The notes: a model not told the origin generated them from the letters alone. A DNA stretch of 20,000 bases from an uncultured virus (IMG/VR IMGVR_UViG_3300031758_000046) (IMGVR_UViG_3300031758_000046), one strand, 5' to 3'. Positions 8,032 through 17,054 are shown, counted from the first letter of the stretch. Translations and numbers: made by a program.

Positions 8032-10506
8032 ATGTCAACAGTAAGAATTCAAGTAAGACGAGGTACTGCATCAGAATGGACCTCAGTAAATCCTACACTA
8101 GCTGCAGGAGAACTAGGTGTTGAAACAGACACTAGAAAAATTAAAATTGGAACTGGAAGCACTGCTTGGACTAGCCTTTCTTACATAGCAGCAGACTCAC
8201 CAGCAATTACAGAAATTGCACAAGACGCAATTGATCAAGCTCTTTCTATGGGCTCAGGTCTTACAAAGTCTTATAACGATAACACAAATACAATTTCCCT
8301 TGGCATCGACGACTCAATTGTCGCACTTAAATCTTATGTTGACAGCCAGGTAGGTGGGTTACAAAATACAGTAACTTCAGACTATGTATTATTAGCAGAT
8401 GTTGGAAATGCAGGTGGACCTGCAAAATTAGATGCTGACGGAAACTTGCTTGTTCCAAAATCAAGCATTATTATAGAAGGATCATCAGCAGATGCTCATG
8501 AAACCACACTAACAGTATCAAATCCAACATCAGATAGAACAATCACACTTCCAGACTCATCTGGTACAGTAGCACTAACATCAGACCTTGCACCATATGC
8601 AACAACACAAGCATTAAATTCCGTAGTATCTTCATTGAATATTCATCAAGCAGTAAATGTTGCAACAACAGAACCGTTAGTAGCAACTTATGCTGCTGGT
8701 TCCGCTGATAACGGCAATGGAACTGGAATTGGTGCAACATTAACAATGAACTCAAATGGCACTCTAACAATAGATGGCTTACAAGCAGAAAATGGATTTA
8801 GAATATTAGTAAAAGATCAAGCAAACTTAGTTCATAATGGTATTTATGAAGTAACAATTGCAGGATCAGCTGGAGCACCAGCCGTTTTAACTAGATCTGC
8901 AGACTACAATAACTCAGATGTAAACACACCTCTTGATGTTGCTAAAGGCGATGTCGTTTTTGTAACAGATGGAACAGAAAATGGATATAAACAATTTTCT
9001 CAAATATACGCAGGAACTAACGCAGACGGCTCAGTAAAAATTGGATCTGAAAATATTGACTTTACTCAAATTTCAGGAGCAGCAACAATTATAGCTGGAA
9101 ATGGTATAACTAAATCAGGAAACACAATTAGTGTTGATGCTCAAGAATTTTTAGCAACATCTACCGCATCAAGTACATATTTAACTCAAGCAGATGCAGC
9201 AAATGACTATTTGTCACAAACAGATGCTGGGGCTACTTATTTAACTCAAGCAGATGCAGCTTTAACATATTTAAATCAAACAGACGCAAGTACGACATAC
9301 CTGTCACAAGCAGATGCAGGTACAACATACTTGTCTCAAGCAGATGCTGCAACAGATTATTTTGCTGTTACAACAGATCAAATTGAAAATGCCAATATTA
9401 AAATTGGCGCAGGAATTGCAGCAGATAAAATATCAGGAAACGCTGTAACACAAGCAGATACAGGAACTGTAACCAATACAATGCTTGCAGGATCCATTGA
9501 TAATAACAAATTATCAAACTCTACAATTTCAGGCATATCGCTTGGATCTAATTTAGAAACATTAACAATTGGAACTGGTTTAAGTGGTACATCTTACAAC
9601 GGTGGATCAGCAGTAACAATTGCAATTGATTCAACAGTTGCTACAGAGTCTTACGCAGACACCGCAGCATCAAATGCTCAAGGAGCAGCAGAAGATTACG
9701 CTGACGGACTTGCAGCAAATTACGAAGTTGCAGGAGCTGTTTCAACACACTCATCTGATACAACAAACGTACACGGAATTACAGATACAGCCCAAATTGC
9801 TCTTCTAGATGCTGCTACACAGCAATTTACAGGAGACATGGGAATTACTGGAGACTTAATTGTTGACGGTGACGTAACTGTTAATGGCGGAAGCTTTACA
9901 GCAAGCGCTACATCTATAACAATTGAAGATAATCTAGTTCAGCTTGCTCATCAAAACGCAGCAAATACCGTAGACTTAGGTCTTGTTGTAGCGTACAATG
10001 ACGGCGCAGCAAAACACTCTGGTATAGTAAGAGATGTTTCTGCTAATAAATGGAAACTATTTAAAGGCGTAACAACAGAGCCTGCTACAACAGTAGACTT
10101 TACAGAAGGATCACTTGATGACCTTGAGTTAAATGAAATTAAAACAGCTGGAGTAGTATTCTCAGACGGCACACAGACCAAAGAGGGTGTTCCTTCAAGA
10201 ACTCCAATTATTTCAAAGACTGCAGACTATACATTGTCTGCGCTAACCGAGAGAGATTCATTAATTGAAGTTGACTCTTCTTCAGCAGTAACAATTACAA
10301 TTCCAACCAACTCAGCAGTTGCTTATCCAATTGGAACAACTCTAGATATTCTTGGAGTTAACACAGGACTAATCACAATCGCAGGAGATACTGGTGTAAC
10401 AGTAAATGCTACCCCAGGATTAAAGTTACGTACACAATGGTCATCCGCAACATTACTCAAGAGAGCAGAAAATTCTTGGGTAGTTTACGGCGACTTGAAA
10501 TCATAA
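8032..10506 (+). CDS. Long tail fibre with N-terminal Mtd_N-like domain and conserved C-terminal beta domain
   Basis: N-terminus 'IQVRRGTASEWTSVNPTLAAGELGVETDTRKIKIG.G.TAW.SL.Y' matches the major-tropism-determinant N-terminal motif; 'RILVKDQ...NGIY' fibre module; 10-aa repeats; C-terminal 'TPGLKLRTQWSSATLLKR...W...GDL'. Confidence 0.82.
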   Translation: MSTVRIQVRRGTASEWTSVNPTLAAGELGVETDTRKIKIGTGSTAWTSLSYIAADSPAITEIAQDAIDQALSMGSGLTKSYNDNTNTISLGIDDSIVALKSYVDSQVGGLQNTVTSDYVLLADVGNAGGPAKLDADGNLLVPKSSIIIEGSSADAHETTLTVSNPTSDRTITLPDSSGTVALTSDLAPYATTQALNSVVSSLNIHQAVNVATTEPLVATYAAGSADNGNGTGIGATLTMNSNGTLTIDGLQAENGFRILVKDQANLVHNGIYEVTIAGSAGAPAVLTRSADYNNSDVNTPLDVAKGDVVFVTDGTENGYKQFSQIYAGTNADGSVKIGSENIDFTQISGAATIIAGNGITKSGNTISVDAQEFLATSTASSTYLTQADAANDYLSQTDAGATYLTQADAALTYLNQTDASTTYLSQADAGTTYLSQADAATDYFAVTTDQIENANIKIGAGIAADKISGNAVTQADTGTVTNTMLAGSIDNNKLSNSTISGISLGSNLETLTIGTGLSGTSYNGGSAVTIAIDSTVATESYADTAASNAQGAAEDYADGLAANYEVAGAVSTHSSDTTNVHGITDTAQIALLDAATQQFTGDMGITGDLIVDGDVTVNGGSFTASATSITIEDNLVQLAHQNAANTVDLGLVVAYNDGAAKHSGIVRDVSANKWKLFKGVTTEPATTVDFTEGSLDDLELNEIKTAGVVFSDGTQTKEGVPSRTPIISKTADYTLSALTERDSLIEVDSSSAVTITIPTNSAVAYPIGTTLDILGVNTGLITIAGDTGVTVNATPGLKLRTQWSSATLLKRAENSWVVYGDLKS
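9178..9357 (+). repeat. Six imperfect 30-nt tandem repeats encoding YL(T/S/N)Q(A/T)DAxxx
   Basis: Tyr codons at 9178, 9208, 9238, 9268, 9298 and 9328, with a further Tyr at 9358. Confidence 0.9.
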
Positions 10507-10518
10507 GGAGAATTATAA

Positions 10519-11856
10519 ATGAGTAAGAGATCTGGTAGAAAATCCCAAGCAGCAAATGACTTTTTAGAGCCAAAACCTGTAGAAAATTTAGTAGCTACAG
10601 ATGTAGGAACTTCTAGAGCATACAATGACGGAGCAGTAAATCTATCATGGGAGTTACCTGCAGGATCACCTCCAGCAACCTCTTACTCAATTACAACAAC
10701 CCCAGCATCAACAACACAAACTACATCTAATACCTCTTTTACATTTACTGGGCTATCATCAGATACAGCCTATACATTTTCAATAACTGGAAGCAATGCT
10801 GCAGGAACTTCTGCTGCTACAACTTCTAGTTCTGTAACAGCAACTACGGTTCCTCAATCTCCACAATCAGTTTCAGCAGCTTCTCCAAACGCAAACGAAG
10901 ATGTTGTTTCATGGTCAGCAGGTGCTTCTGGTGGTAAAACAATTACTAGTTATACCGTAATATCTTCAGATGGACCATCATACACAAATTCAACTTCACC
11001 AAAAACTATTTCAGAAACAGCTGGAACTTCACAATCTTATACAGTTTATGCAATTAACGATAATGGAACATCAGTAGGAGCAACTACTGGTTCTGTTACT
11101 ACAACAGCACCGTTCTTCCCACCGTTCTTCCCATATTTCCCACCGTTCTTCCCATATTTCCCACCGTTCTTCCCATTCTTCCCGTTCTTCCCACCATATT
11201 TCCCACCATTCTTCCCATTCTTCCCGTTCTTCCCACCATATTTCCCACCGTTCTTCCCATATTTCCCACCGTTCTTCCCATTCTTCCCGTTCTTCCCACC
11301 GTTCTTCCCACCGTTCTTTCCACCAAGATTCGGTCCATATTTCCCAGCGTGTGTTGACGGAGATACTTTAATCTTAACTAGCGAAGGTCCAAAACCTGCT
11401 AGAGAGATAAAAGTAGGAGATAAACTACTAACAGTTGATGCTTTAGGGTTAGCCGATCAACCTAACAAAACACCTCTTGAAATTAATGTTCAAGATTTGA
11501 TGATAAGTAACATGGTACACACAGAAGTTACAAATGTTATAGTCTCAGACAAACAGGACAGAGTTTACTTCAATGGAAACAAAGAAGTTCAGTTTACAGA
11601 AACTCATCCAATATTCGTAAAACGAAATAACGAATATCGTGTAGTCGAAGCAGGACTAGTACAACAAGGAGATGTTTTAATAAATATCTCAGTAGATAAC
11701 TTATCTGAAACTTTAGATATGACCAAGGTAATATCAGAAGTTGAAGTGTCTAAGGTAGATAAAATAACTTTAGATTTAGCAAAAGATGTGTACACATTTA
11801 GCTGCGATCCACATAATTGGTACTTCGCAGGAGATATATTAACACACAATAAGTAA
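10519..11856 (+). CDS. Basic N-peptide + two FN3-like domains + (PFFP)n tract + C-terminal Hint domain
   Basis: RBS AAGGAG; FN3 signatures 'NLSWE.P...SYSI...FTGLSSDTAYTFSI...NAAG.S' and 'VSWSA...ITSYTV...YTVYAINDNG.S'; 79-aa P/F/Y tract; Hint domain from Cys278 to terminal HNK. Confidence 0.88.
   Translation: MSKRSGRKSQAANDFLEPKPVENLVATDVGTSRAYNDGAVNLSWELPAGSPPATSYSITTTPASTTQTTSNTSFTFTGLSSDTAYTFSITGSNAAGTSAATTSSSVTATTVPQSPQSVSAASPNANEDVVSWSAGASGGKTITSYTVISSDGPSYTNSTSPKTISETAGTSQSYTVYAINDNGTSVGATTGSVTTTAPFFPPFFPYFPPFFPYFPPFFPFFPFFPPYFPPFFPFFPFFPPYFPPFFPYFPPFFPFFPFFPPFFPPFFPPRFGPYFPACVDGDTLILTSEGPKPAREIKVGDKLLTVDALGLADQPNKTPLEINVQDLMISNMVHTEVTNVIVSDKQDRVYFNGNKEVQFTETHPIFVKRNNEYRVVEAGLVQQGDVLINISVDNLSETLDMTKVISEVEVSKVDKITLDLAKDVYTFSCDPHNWYFAGDILTHNK
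11110..11346 (+). repeat. Mosaic tandem repeat of 9- and 12-nt units encoding PFFP/YFP/FFP/PYFP (79 aa)
   Basis: Units such as CCGTTCTTCCCA, TATTTCCCA and TTCTTCCC(A/G); all residues are P, F or Y except one R and one G. Confidence 0.97.
11350..11853 (+). other. Hint (Hedgehog/intein, BIL-like) autoprocessing domain without endonuclease
   Basis: Block A 'CVDGDTLILT', block B 'FTETHP' (TxxH), block F 'VYTFSC', block G 'YFAGDILTHN', then a single Lys and the stop codon. Confidence 0.88.
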
Positions 11857-11868
11857 AATAATAATCAC

Positions 11869-11901
11869 CTAAAGCCCCCAAACGGGGGCTTTAGTATTCT
11901 T
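11869..11901 (+). terminator. Intrinsic terminator
   Basis: Perfect 11-bp inverted repeat CTAAAGCCCCC / GGGGGCTTTAG with AAAC loop and T-rich tail, immediately after the Hint gene. Confidence 0.8.
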
Positions 11902-11928
11902 GACAGTTAATTATATATTATATATAAT
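11900..11928 (+). promoter_or_regulatory. Perfect sigma70 consensus promoter TTGACA-N17-TATAAT
   Basis: TTGACA 11900-11905, 17-nt spacer, TATAAT 11923-11928; 24 nt upstream of the first oxygenase ATG. Confidence 0.85.
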
Positions 11929-11952
11929 GTATACATAGTAGAAAGATAAAAT

Positions 11953-12672
11953 ATGCAAGATATTTATGATATAAACGATAATCCATGGTTTACAAAAGAT
12001 AGATCAGAATCAACTTCTTTTAGGGTAAATAGATCTTTTGGTAATATTAAAGTTTTAAATCCAGGTATTGGATTAAATATTTATGAATCAGCTATTCCAA
12101 GCAGTGTTTGCGAAACATCAATTAAAACATTAGAAGATAAGCTAACAAATGGCAACATGTATAAATGGTCAGAAGCACAAGTTACGACCTCAGACAAACC
12201 AGTAAAATCTGCAAGAGATTGCGTAGATTTTAAATTTAAACCAGAAAATCTTGGAAAAAGAAATGAAAATAATGCAGAACTTCTAGATATGCATGAATCC
12301 ATTTATAATGTATTAAAAAAATGCGTAGATGATTATTGTCAATATTGGGGAATTAATGTTGTATATTATGAAGCTTTTAATTTTGTGAAATACACCAGCC
12401 CAGGACAACATTTTAGAGTTCATGCTGATCATGGTCCACACTATAATTGTACAGTTTCAGCTGTAATATATTTAAATGATGATTACGAGGGCGGGGAGAT
12501 AGCATTTCCAAGATTAGATAAATTAGTATATAAACCAAAACGTGGTGACGTAGTAATTTTTCCATCAAACTATATATACGAACATTCTTCAGAACCAATG
12601 ATTTCTGGAGATAAATACTCTGTTGTAATTATGATGGATATTAACCTATTAGGACATAAGGAGAACAATTAA
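11953..12672 (+). CDS. 2OG-Fe(II) oxygenase, prolyl-4-hydroxylase-like (1)
   Basis: HAD...'YLNDDYEGGE'...'FPS..IYEH'...'GDKYS' (HxD..H triad, Lys for 2OG binding). Confidence 0.9.
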   Translation: MQDIYDINDNPWFTKDRSESTSFRVNRSFGNIKVLNPGIGLNIYESAIPSSVCETSIKTLEDKLTNGNMYKWSEAQVTTSDKPVKSARDCVDFKFKPENLGKRNENNAELLDMHESIYNVLKKCVDDYCQYWGINVVYYEAFNFVKYTSPGQHFRVHADHGPHYNCTVSAVIYLNDDYEGGEIAFPRLDKLVYKPKRGDVVIFPSNYIYEHSSEPMISGDKYSVVIMMDINLLGHKENN

Positions 12673-13328
12673 TGAATAAACAAACTTGGTCAAGCGCAGA
12701 AGACTTAGGATCAGGAATTTGGGTATATAGAGATGTTTTAACAAAAGATTTAGATATTATTAATAGGCTAGAAACAAATTTAGATGGAAGCACTCCAGGT
12801 TGGACTTGGCAGCCAGCTTATGTTGGATATCAAGAAAGAATGCCAGAATATAGAGACTGCGTAGACTTTAAATTTAAAAAATCAGATATAGCAAATGATA
12901 AGTCTCCTATATCATTAAAAATGCAAGAATTGTGGCAAGACTGCTATGATAGGCAAGCACCAGCAGTAGAAGATTATTGTCAAAAACATAATATACATAA
13001 ACTTCAATATTGGGAAGCTTTTAATTTTATTAAATATGTTCCTGGACATCACTTCATGGAGCACCATGATCATGGATTTTCATATAATTGCACTGTATCT
13101 TTAGTTGGCTATATTAACGATGATTACGAGGGCGGAGAATTATATTTCAGATTACAAAATTTAAATATTAAACCAAAAGCTGGAGATTTATATATTTTCC
13201 CTTCAACATATATGTATCCTCATCAAGCAAAAGTAGTTAAGTCTGGAACAAAATATTCATTAGTTACAATGTTAGATTATAGCGCAAAATTTCATACTCC
13301 AGCAATGTACGAAGATACTGGTAATTAG
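12672..13328 (+). CDS. 2OG-Fe(II) oxygenase, prolyl-4-hydroxylase-like (2)
   Basis: HHD...'YINDDYEGGE'...'YPH'...'GTKYS'; paralog of (1), sharing RDCVDFKFK, EAFNF.KY and YNCTVS; TAATG overlap. Confidence 0.9.
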   Translation: MNKQTWSSAEDLGSGIWVYRDVLTKDLDIINRLETNLDGSTPGWTWQPAYVGYQERMPEYRDCVDFKFKKSDIANDKSPISLKMQELWQDCYDRQAPAVEDYCQKHNIHKLQYWEAFNFIKYVPGHHFMEHHDHGFSYNCTVSLVGYINDDYEGGELYFRLQNLNIKPKAGDLYIFPSTYMYPHQAKVVKSGTKYSLVTMLDYSAKFHTPAMYEDTGN

Positions 13329-14047
13329 TGTCTATATTAAAGGCATATAAAAGACATCCAAATTCTTTTATAATTGAACCTATTTCAGTAAAAAGACAAT
13401 GGATGGACGAAACTCCAGACGGTCATGCGTATAGGTGTTTTCCAGTAACAATGGCAAATACAATAGGTTGGACATTATCGTGTCCAGTGGACGTATCATT
13501 TATATGGGATGGGCAAATAGACACAACGCCAGATAGAGTTAAAATTTTATCTGGTCAAGAATATTGTTACACTGGAAGAGGCCAAGGTTCAGTAAGTTTT
13601 AATACAGGTCTTATTCTAAAATCAGAAAAACATATAAGTGTATTAAGTATTACTCCACAAAATTATTTTTATGAAGATTTTGAAGTAATGTCATCATTAA
13701 TAAGTACATCTTTTTTTAATGTTGATTTTCCATTAGCAATTAAAGTTAAAATTCCAAATAAAGAAATTATTATAAAAGCTGGCACTCCCATTGCTACAAT
13801 TATTCCGATTTCTCTTACATCATTAAAAGATGAATCTATAGAAATAGAAAATTTTATAAAGCCAGAAGATTATGATGCTAAATTAAAAAGTTATGGAGAT
13901 GCTGCTCAAGTAATAAATCAATCTGGACAGTGGACAGATTGGTATAGAGATGCTATTGATGAAACTGGCACATCTATTGGAGAGCATGAAACTAAAGCTT
14001 TAAAATTAAAAGTAATAGATAATACAACAAAGGAAAATAACAATTAA
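13328..14047 (+). CDS. DUF6065-like protein (possibly dUTPase-like beta fold)
   Basis: GTG start overlapping the upstream TAG; 'R.WMD.T...HAYRCFP...AN..GW.L.CP.D' and 'IKAGTPIATIIP' motifs. Confidence 0.6.
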   Translation: MSILKAYKRHPNSFIIEPISVKRQWMDETPDGHAYRCFPVTMANTIGWTLSCPVDVSFIWDGQIDTTPDRVKILSGQEYCYTGRGQGSVSFNTGLILKSEKHISVLSITPQNYFYEDFEVMSSLISTSFFNVDFPLAIKVKIPNKEIIIKAGTPIATIIPISLTSLKDESIEIENFIKPEDYDAKLKSYGDAAQVINQSGQWTDWYRDAIDETGTSIGEHETKALKLKVIDNTTKENNN

Positions 14048-14768
14048 TATAATTAAATTTGTATCAAATAGGCCTTGGTTAAATAAAGAAAGTATTTCTA
14101 AGCCAACAGCAGCCATAAAAGAAATACCAGAATGGTTTAGAAAGGCAGATAGATTTGCAGTTAATCCAATTACTAAAGATTATTGGAAAGGGCCAGACGG
14201 AGGCAAAGTTCCTACATGGAAGGCTTGCCCAGCTATATTTGATATATTAGGCACTGGCTATGTTCTTAAAACACCATGCGACATTAAATTTTATTTAAAA
14301 AATAATAAAATGTCTGTTGAAATAAAAGAAGATAGGTATAAAGATTTTTGTTCTCAAAGAGACCCTATGCCACAATTTGTTCATCCAAAAGGTTACCATA
14401 AAGAACATTTTGCATGGTACCCAGACTGGGCAATTGAGTTGCCAGAAGGATACAGTGCTTTATACACAACCCCATTTAATAGGTTTGATTTACCATTTTT
14501 AATGACTACTGGAATTGTAGATAATGATAAAATTAATTTACCAGGAACAATGCCATTTTTTATAATTAGAGGATTTGAAGGAGTGCTACCAGCAGGAACT
14601 CCATATGCTCAAATAATTCCATTTAAAAGAGAAGATTGGTCATCAGAAATATTTATAGAAAATCCAAATAATTTATACAAAAAGAATCAAAAAAATAGTG
14701 ATAAATATAGAGTAAAAGATGGTGGAGTCTATAAAAATGAAGTTTGGTCTAAAAGAACATATGAATAG
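14043..14768 (+). CDS. Second DUF6065-like paralog; N-terminally extended relative to the ORF track, probable ATT start
   Basis: Frame of ORF 14310-14768 is open back to 14019 and encodes 'NIIKFVSNRPWL...P.WFRK...TWKACPAIFD.L.TGYVLKTPCD'; AAGGA at 14030-14034 precedes ATT 14043; C-terminal 'PAGTPYAQIIPFKRE'. Confidence 0.65.
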   Translation: MNIIKFVSNRPWLNKESISKPTAAIKEIPEWFRKADRFAVNPITKDYWKGPDGGKVPTWKACPAIFDILGTGYVLKTPCDIKFYLKNNKMSVEIKEDRYKDFCSQRDPMPQFVHPKGYHKEHFAWYPDWAIELPEGYSALYTTPFNRFDLPFLMTTGIVDNDKINLPGTMPFFIIRGFEGVLPAGTPYAQIIPFKREDWSSEIFIENPNNLYKKNQKNSDKYRVKDGGVYKNEVWSKRTYE

Positions 14769-14770
14769 AA

Positions 14771-14779
14771 TGATATAAT
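14771..14779 (+). promoter_or_regulatory. Extended -10 promoter TGaTATAAT, 6 nt before an ATG (leaderless-type)
   Basis: Motif ends 14779, ATG at 14786, no Shine-Dalgarno between them. Confidence 0.55.
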
Positions 14780-14785
14780 AAATAT

Positions 14786-15457
14786 ATGGACAATAATTTA
14801 GCAAATGGTGCAGCAAATTGGGATAACCGTGTTTCAATAACACCACCTGGATTTTTTGGCAACAGTCCAGAGCATATTCAGGCAAGAGAAAATTTTATGA
14901 CTGAAGAAGAGAGATTATTCTTATTAGAATCAGCTAAATCAATTAATGAGTGGGATAGAACCGAAACTCATTATAATGATGACGGAATTGTAATTTATGA
15001 CTCTTCTTATTGGGATAACCGTGTTGCATCAAGACCAATTCTTGATAAAATAAATCCAGAGATATCTGTTGTAATTGAAAAACTTGTTGAAAGATTAAAA
15101 GTTGAAGTTGATAATCATTTTAATGTTGATGCTAAACCTACAAGTCCAGCAATTGTTAGATGGATGAAAGGATATAGACAAGAGCCACATGCAGACAAAC
15201 AGTTGCAAAATGGAGAGCCAAATGATTTTCCTTGGTATGATCTTGCTGGATTATTTTATTTAAATGATGACTACGAAGGCGGAGAACTTTATTTTATGCA
15301 TCATGATGTACAATTTAAACCAAAACCTGGAGCAGCATATTTCTTCCCAGGAGATGTAGGATACAGTCACGGAGTAAAAGAAATAACAAATGGAATTAGA
15401 TATGTTATTCCATTTTTTTGGACAATTTTAAAACATACTGGTGATAAGCAGCCATGA
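14786..15457 (+). CDS. 2OG-Fe(II) oxygenase, prolyl-hydroxylase-like (3)
   Basis: HAD...'YLNDDYEGGE'...'YSHGV'...'GIRYV'. Confidence 0.9.
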   Translation: MDNNLANGAANWDNRVSITPPGFFGNSPEHIQARENFMTEEERLFLLESAKSINEWDRTETHYNDDGIVIYDSSYWDNRVASRPILDKINPEISVVIEKLVERLKVEVDNHFNVDAKPTSPAIVRWMKGYRQEPHADKQLQNGEPNDFPWYDLAGLFYLNDDYEGGELYFMHHDVQFKPKPGAAYFFPGDVGYSHGVKEITNGIRYVIPFFWTILKHTGDKQP

Positions 15458-16248
15458 CAGTAGATTACACAGAAATATATCCTAAAATATATGTATACCA
15501 CAATTCAATAAAAGATCCTAATTTTTTTTTAAAGCAGTCTTTAAATCAATATAAAATTGGTTGGAAGGATTGGTCATTTTTTGGAAGATATATAGGAATT
15601 GGCGGGAAAACAGCTAAATATAAAAAATTTCCAACCTGGGAAGAATTTAAAGAGTCTATAGATTTACAAGAAAATCAACAACTAAGTTTAGAGTATATTG
15701 ATAAGTTTTATCACAACACTAAACATTATATAGATAATAATTTAATTACTTTAAACGAATGGGCATACGAGTCTTCCTCTTTATGTGAATATGATATAGC
15801 AAAAGGACATGACGGAGAATTCTCTATGGCCTATCACTCAGACTTTATTGTGCCAGAAAAAAATTGGCCAGGATTAAAATTTGAAATATCAGTAACAACT
15901 TATCTTAATGATGATTACGATGACGGTGAGTTGTGTTTTGCTATAGATAACGATTTATTTTCTTATAAACCTAAAGCTGGAGATATGATTATTTTTCCAT
16001 CAAGACCACCATATTTTCATGGAGTAAGAAAACATAAAAATAAAAATAGATATATGATTAGAGGATTTTGGCTATCTTCTTACGAAGGAAGTCTTGAATG
16101 GCATGAGGGATTGCTTAAATACGGTAAAGAAGAGTGGGAAAAAATGCAAAGAATCGAACTAGAAAAATATACCATAGAAAATATACCTTCTCCATCAGAA
16201 TACGCATCTTCTTATTCTAGAGATAATGAAAGATTAAATATAAAATGA
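15454..16248 (+). CDS. 2OG-Fe(II) oxygenase, prolyl-hydroxylase-like (4)
   Basis: HSD...'YLNDDYDDGE'...'FPSRPPYFHGV'...'NRYM'; ATGA overlap. Confidence 0.88.
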   Translation: MTVDYTEIYPKIYVYHNSIKDPNFFLKQSLNQYKIGWKDWSFFGRYIGIGGKTAKYKKFPTWEEFKESIDLQENQQLSLEYIDKFYHNTKHYIDNNLITLNEWAYESSSLCEYDIAKGHDGEFSMAYHSDFIVPEKNWPGLKFEISVTTYLNDDYDDGELCFAIDNDLFSYKPKAGDMIIFPSRPPYFHGVRKHKNKNRYMIRGFWLSSYEGSLEWHEGLLKYGKEEWEKMQRIELEKYTIENIPSPSEYASSYSRDNERLNIK

Positions 16249-17054
16249 AAAATTTAGAATTTATAACAATATATCCTGGAGTAAACGTATACAGAAATGT
16301 TTTTCAGGATGTAAATGATTTTTTAGAAAAAGCAAAAAAATGTGAAAAATGGGAGCAATGGTATACATTTGGATCAATGCTTGCTCTTCAAGAAATGCCA
16401 ATTAAATTTGATTCATTTCCAAATAAAGATGAGTATATGACATCAAGAAAATGGGACGACGGTACAGAAAATTCAAAAATAAGAGGACAGCTAGCAGAAG
16501 AAGTAGCAGAAATATTTTATGATGTAACAAGTCATTATATAAAAATGCATCCAGAGCATTCATTACAAAATTGGATAAAAAACCCCGCTTCTGTTAATAG
16601 ATACAATGATGGATCAAGTATATCTGATAACTATTCAATGAACTACCATACAGACTATAATCAAGAAATTGAAGATTCAAGTGGTATTAAATTTGGAATT
16701 ACTACAACATTTTATTTAAATGATGACTATAAAGATGGAGAAATTTGTTTTAAAATTAATGATCATTTTATTTCTCATAAACCACAAAAGGGAGACGTAA
16801 TAGTATTTCCATCTAAGCCACCATACTATCATGCAGTTAGAAAATCTAGTGGAACAGATAGATATATGATTAGATCATTTTGGCAATTTGAGTATGAAGG
16901 ATCAAAAGAATGGCTAGAAAATCAAGAAAAATACGGCAAAGATGTTTGGGCGTCTATGGAAGAAAAAAGAATTAGCAAAGAAAGATTTATGTATCAAATT
17001 GAAGGAGAGTCTATGCATAAATTTTTTGGAAAAGATAATGGAATTAAACTATGA
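16245..17054 (+). CDS. 2OG-Fe(II) oxygenase, prolyl-hydroxylase-like (5)
   Basis: HTD...'YLNDDYKDGE'...'FPSKPPYYHAV'...'DRYM'; paralog of (4) including the C-terminal 'YEGS.EW.E...KYGK..W' extension; ATGA overlap. Confidence 0.88.
   Translation: MKNLEFITIYPGVNVYRNVFQDVNDFLEKAKKCEKWEQWYTFGSMLALQEMPIKFDSFPNKDEYMTSRKWDDGTENSKIRGQLAEEVAEIFYDVTSHYIKMHPEHSLQNWIKNPASVNRYNDGSSISDNYSMNYHTDYNQEIEDSSGIKFGITTTFYLNDDYKDGEICFKINDHFISHKPQKGDVIVFPSKPPYYHAVRKSSGTDRYMIRSFWQFEYEGSKEWLENQEKYGKDVWASMEEKRISKERFMYQIEGESMHKFFGKDNGIKL

Noticed and set aside
8032..8190. Diversity-generating retroelement suggested by the Mtd_N-like domain
   Set aside because: No reverse transcriptase, no C-type lectin variable region and no adenine-specific TR/VR pair; differences between the 10384 and 19471 copies are not adenine-restricted.
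11099..11338. Minus-strand ORF with GRTV/GNM repeats
   Set aside because: Antisense shadow of the PFFP repeat, which lacks stops on that strand; no RBS and opposite to all real genes.
11350..11853. Mobile intein (homing element)
   Set aside because: No endonuclease domain, no C-extein and no +1 nucleophile; better read as a domesticated Hint domain.
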